29,638 nt of DNA, from positions 1-29,638 of the forward strand of contig PRDH01000065.1 in assembly GCA_003345545.1 (NCBI GenBank), in the 5' to 3' direction. The stretch's first letter is position 1, and the number at the start of each line of letters is the position of its first letter. Below the pieces are notes generated by a model, which made no database searches, was not told the origin of the DNA, and saw only the letters and a list, made by a program, of their open reading frames with translations. The stretch is from Candidatus Thorarchaeota archaeon (lineage in GTDB: Archaea > Asgardarchaeota > Thorarchaeia > Thorarchaeales > Thorarchaeaceae). The translations under genes and the position numbers were made by a program. This document shows, piece by piece, positions 27,413 through 29,638 of this stretch.

Positions 27413-27631
27413 ATGGGAAAGGCAGGCGTCGCGGCGGGTGTTTTGACATTCATATTTGGCTTGGTCCTACTTGTTGATGACCTTCATGACTTTGTAGCGG
27501 GTACAGACTTTCTTCACTTCTTGCCAGATTTCGACCCATACATCATATGGGGCTTTCACCTGCACCATCTCTACATAGGCGCCCTGATCATGCTGATTGG
27601 ACTGGCGATAGCTGCGAAATACCGTGAGTGA
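27413..27631 (+). CDS. Small two-TM protein with DD and HLHH motifs
   Basis: GGAGG RBS; GLVLLVDDLHD and FHLHHLYIG. Confidence 0.8.
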   Translation: MGKAGVAAGVLTFIFGLVLLVDDLHDFVAGTDFLHFLPDFDPYIIWGFHLHHLYIGALIMLIGLAIAAKYRE

Positions 27632-27713
27632 AAAGATCGGACCACTTTACGCATGCAGCTCGATGACAATCCAGAATGATCTTGACCATTACTAACAGTG
27701 CATCAGGAACAGC

Positions 27714-28640
27714 CTAACTACTCGGTAAAACTCCAACTATCATGAGCGGAAATATGACCGTGGCGTCACCAATCACGGTTTCAAAGTTTGCGTCAGGCTG
27801 TACCTTCTGCCATGAAATCCCTTCTACAAGAGGCGCACCGCTTTGACTACCTCCCTCAGGTCTGTCCAGCGTGATTTGAATTGCCATATCGAGACCGCCC
27901 CTCAAGATTGTGCAGCCCATGGTGAAATGCTTGGTGAGACCTCCCCCCAACATGATTGCGCCGGTCTTTTTCTGTTGAGTGATGATCTCTCCCAGTATCC
28001 GAAGGTCCTTCACGAAATCTAATGCCAGTTTCTTGGTCGTGCTGTATGTATAGAGATGGAATCCTAGCATGGAGTCCATCAGGCCGGGCGAGAAGATGGG
28101 AACATCATGGACTGATGCCTGTCGAACGAAGGAGGAGTCATCTCTCACGGATTGCCCCAGCTCCCTAAGAAACTCACTGGGTGCGAGCGAATTCATCTTC
28201 CGGCTTGGAAGCCCATCAAGAAAGTCATAGATGCCCTTCTCGAACTTCTCGAAATCTTCCTCCTTGACGAAGATATCAGCAATTCTGCCCATCCCCGCTT
28301 CACGAAGCTCGCAATCATCCTTGCCAGCTGGGATGCGGTAGTGAGCCCCTCCGTATGCCTCAACAAGATCATGAACGATATTTGCTCCGCTGGTGACTAT
28401 CGCATCTATGTACCCTTTCTCAACAAGACAGCGAACGGTTTCTCGTAGACCGCCGGGAATCATGGGACCAGACATCGATAGGAATGTGTAGCAATCTGGG
28501 TCTGCAAACATCCGGCGGACAATTGTTGTGGCTCGTCCTAGACGACCAGCCCCAAGAACACCCACACGGAGCATCGAGTCGAGAAAATCGGAAACGTTGG
28601 TATTTGAACCAACAGGATCAAGATGATGGACCTTATCCAT
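27714..28640 (-). CDS. dys: Deoxyhypusine synthase
   Basis: IVTSGANIVHD, GRIADIF, MLGGGLTKH, GSQSGA..EGISWQK (catalytic Lys position retained) and GDATVIFPL. Confidence 0.92.
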   Translation of the reverse strand: MDKVHHLDPVGSNTNVSDFLDSMLRVGVLGAGRLGRATTIVRRMFADPDCYTFLSMSGPMIPGGLRETVRCLVEKGYIDAIVTSGANIVHDLVEAYGGAHYRIPAGKDDCELREAGMGRIADIFVKEEDFEKFEKGIYDFLDGLPSRKMNSLAPSEFLRELGQSVRDDSSFVRQASVHDVPIFSPGLMDSMLGFHLYTYSTTKKLALDFVKDLRILGEIITQQKKTGAIMLGGGLTKHFTMGCTILRGGLDMAIQITLDRPEGGSQSGAPLVEGISWQKVQPDANFETVIGDATVIFPLMIVGVLPSS

Positions 28641-28692
28641 GGCAAGTCACCACAGGTTGCGAAACAGTCTTTGCCATGATAAGTCATTCGAT

Positions 28693-28865
28693 AAGAAAGA
28701 GGGGGAGGCGAGTCCAGGTACAATTCCGGGAGGACAAGACCCGGACCCGCGCAAACCAGAATAAACCCGACTCTGCTACTGTCTGCTGCAGAATTGAGCA
28801 TTTCCTGCAACGAGTGTCAGATGGAGTGAACAATACGGTTCCGGGGAGTGTACCGAAAGTATTAG
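28693..28865 (-). ncRNA. Candidate structured RNA or leader upstream of dys
   Basis: Three consecutive stems with G-U pairs favouring the minus strand, TTTAAA upstream and a pyrimidine tract downstream. Confidence 0.3.
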
Positions 28866-28916
28866 ATTGGTGGCCTTGTTCCATATCTTTAAACGGACTC
28901 CCCTGAGGCTACACCT

Positions 28917-29546
28917 ATGCAGTCCTTACTCAATATGGCTTCGTTCACGATAATTCTGCACGGACTCCTCCTTCAGACCATGTGGCTATTTGTCGGGCGA
29001 AGGGCACGAGACAAGTATCTCGGTGATATCATGTCCTTCCGTTCTCCGTCCTCAAGCCTGTCAAGGTATTACCATTGGCGCGTTTCTAGCTTTCAGAATG
29101 CCCTCATTGAAGGCAGTGTGTTCATGATTATTCTAATAGGGTCTATTATCCTACTTACTACGACTCTCTATGGATTCGAATTGATGATGAGCTCCAGCTT
29201 CATTGTGTTCTTCATAGTCTTCCTCTCATTCATCAGTGTAATGCAACACGCGTGGAGAGTAAGAGAGGTTGTTGACAGCCAGGCTCGAATAGTGGCCTCG
29301 GTAGGATACTCCAAGGATAAGATCGGAGTGACAAGGGAAATGGTGGAGAATCTCTACTTGCAGGGGCCGATGGGAGATGGCAGAACATGGTTTGCACTGT
29401 TCCGACTTGCTCAGAGGCCTGATGTCATTGGATGGACAATAAGAGATGTGCTGATTGAAACGGGAAAAAAGGAAGATACCAGTTTTCGAAGAAGCAACGC
29501 AGACTCTAGTTCTCTGTCAGGCAGCGGCCCGGGAATCGGTCCGTAG
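28917..29546 (+). CDS. Hypothetical membrane protein (~3 TM plus soluble C-terminal helical domain)
   Basis: Long ORF with TM segments; TTTAAA about 25 nt upstream suggests a leaderless transcript. Confidence 0.8.
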   Translation: MQSLLNMASFTIILHGLLLQTMWLFVGRRARDKYLGDIMSFRSPSSSLSRYYHWRVSSFQNALIEGSVFMIILIGSIILLTTTLYGFELMMSSSFIVFFIVFLSFISVMQHAWRVREVVDSQARIVASVGYSKDKIGVTREMVENLYLQGPMGDGRTWFALFRLAQRPDVIGWTIRDVLIETGKKEDTSFRRSNADSSSLSGSGPGIGP

Positions 29547-29638
29547 TCAGAAGTCAGAGAGTTCATTCAGTAACTCTTATATCCGATTCTTTGGGCGTTC
29601 ACGAGGACCCCCATTGGAGGAACTCCGCATGTCTAAGA

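Noticed and set aside
29547-29638. Possible 3' end of a minus-strand gene at the window edge
   Set aside because: Too short to assign a frame or function.

Overview
Archaeal chromosomal window. Gene content and promoter/start-codon style suggest an Asgard archaeon, possibly Thorarchaeia; this is inference and was not tested. Most of it is housekeeping: polysaccharide deacetylase (5'-truncated), PUA/PAPS-reductase-like Fe-S protein, tungsten-type aldehyde:ferredoxin oxidoreductase, deoC, PRC-barrel protein, Hef, two HTH regulators, GlmU, radical SAM, DUF2095, A/V-type ATPase F/A/B, UDG, pyrI, SRP54, TrmY-like, DRG-like GTPase, TrmJ, uL16 and deoxyhypusine synthase. An accessory-looking stretch at ~23.3-27.6 kb holds an ABC-2 cassette and small membrane proteins. 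No tRNA, rRNA, CRISPR array or transposase was seen. The strongest leads are: (1) a two-repeat VirB2/CedA-pilin-like membrane protein that, with a UDG gene, splits atpA from atpB; (2) DeoC with a C-terminal CxxCP-x20-CxxCP extension, tightly coupled to an AOR; (3) a multi-hairpin minus-strand RNA upstream of deoxyhypusine synthase; (4) a TrmY homologue lacking its SAM-knot motifs; (5) a perfect 26-bp palindrome and several other structured intergenic elements.
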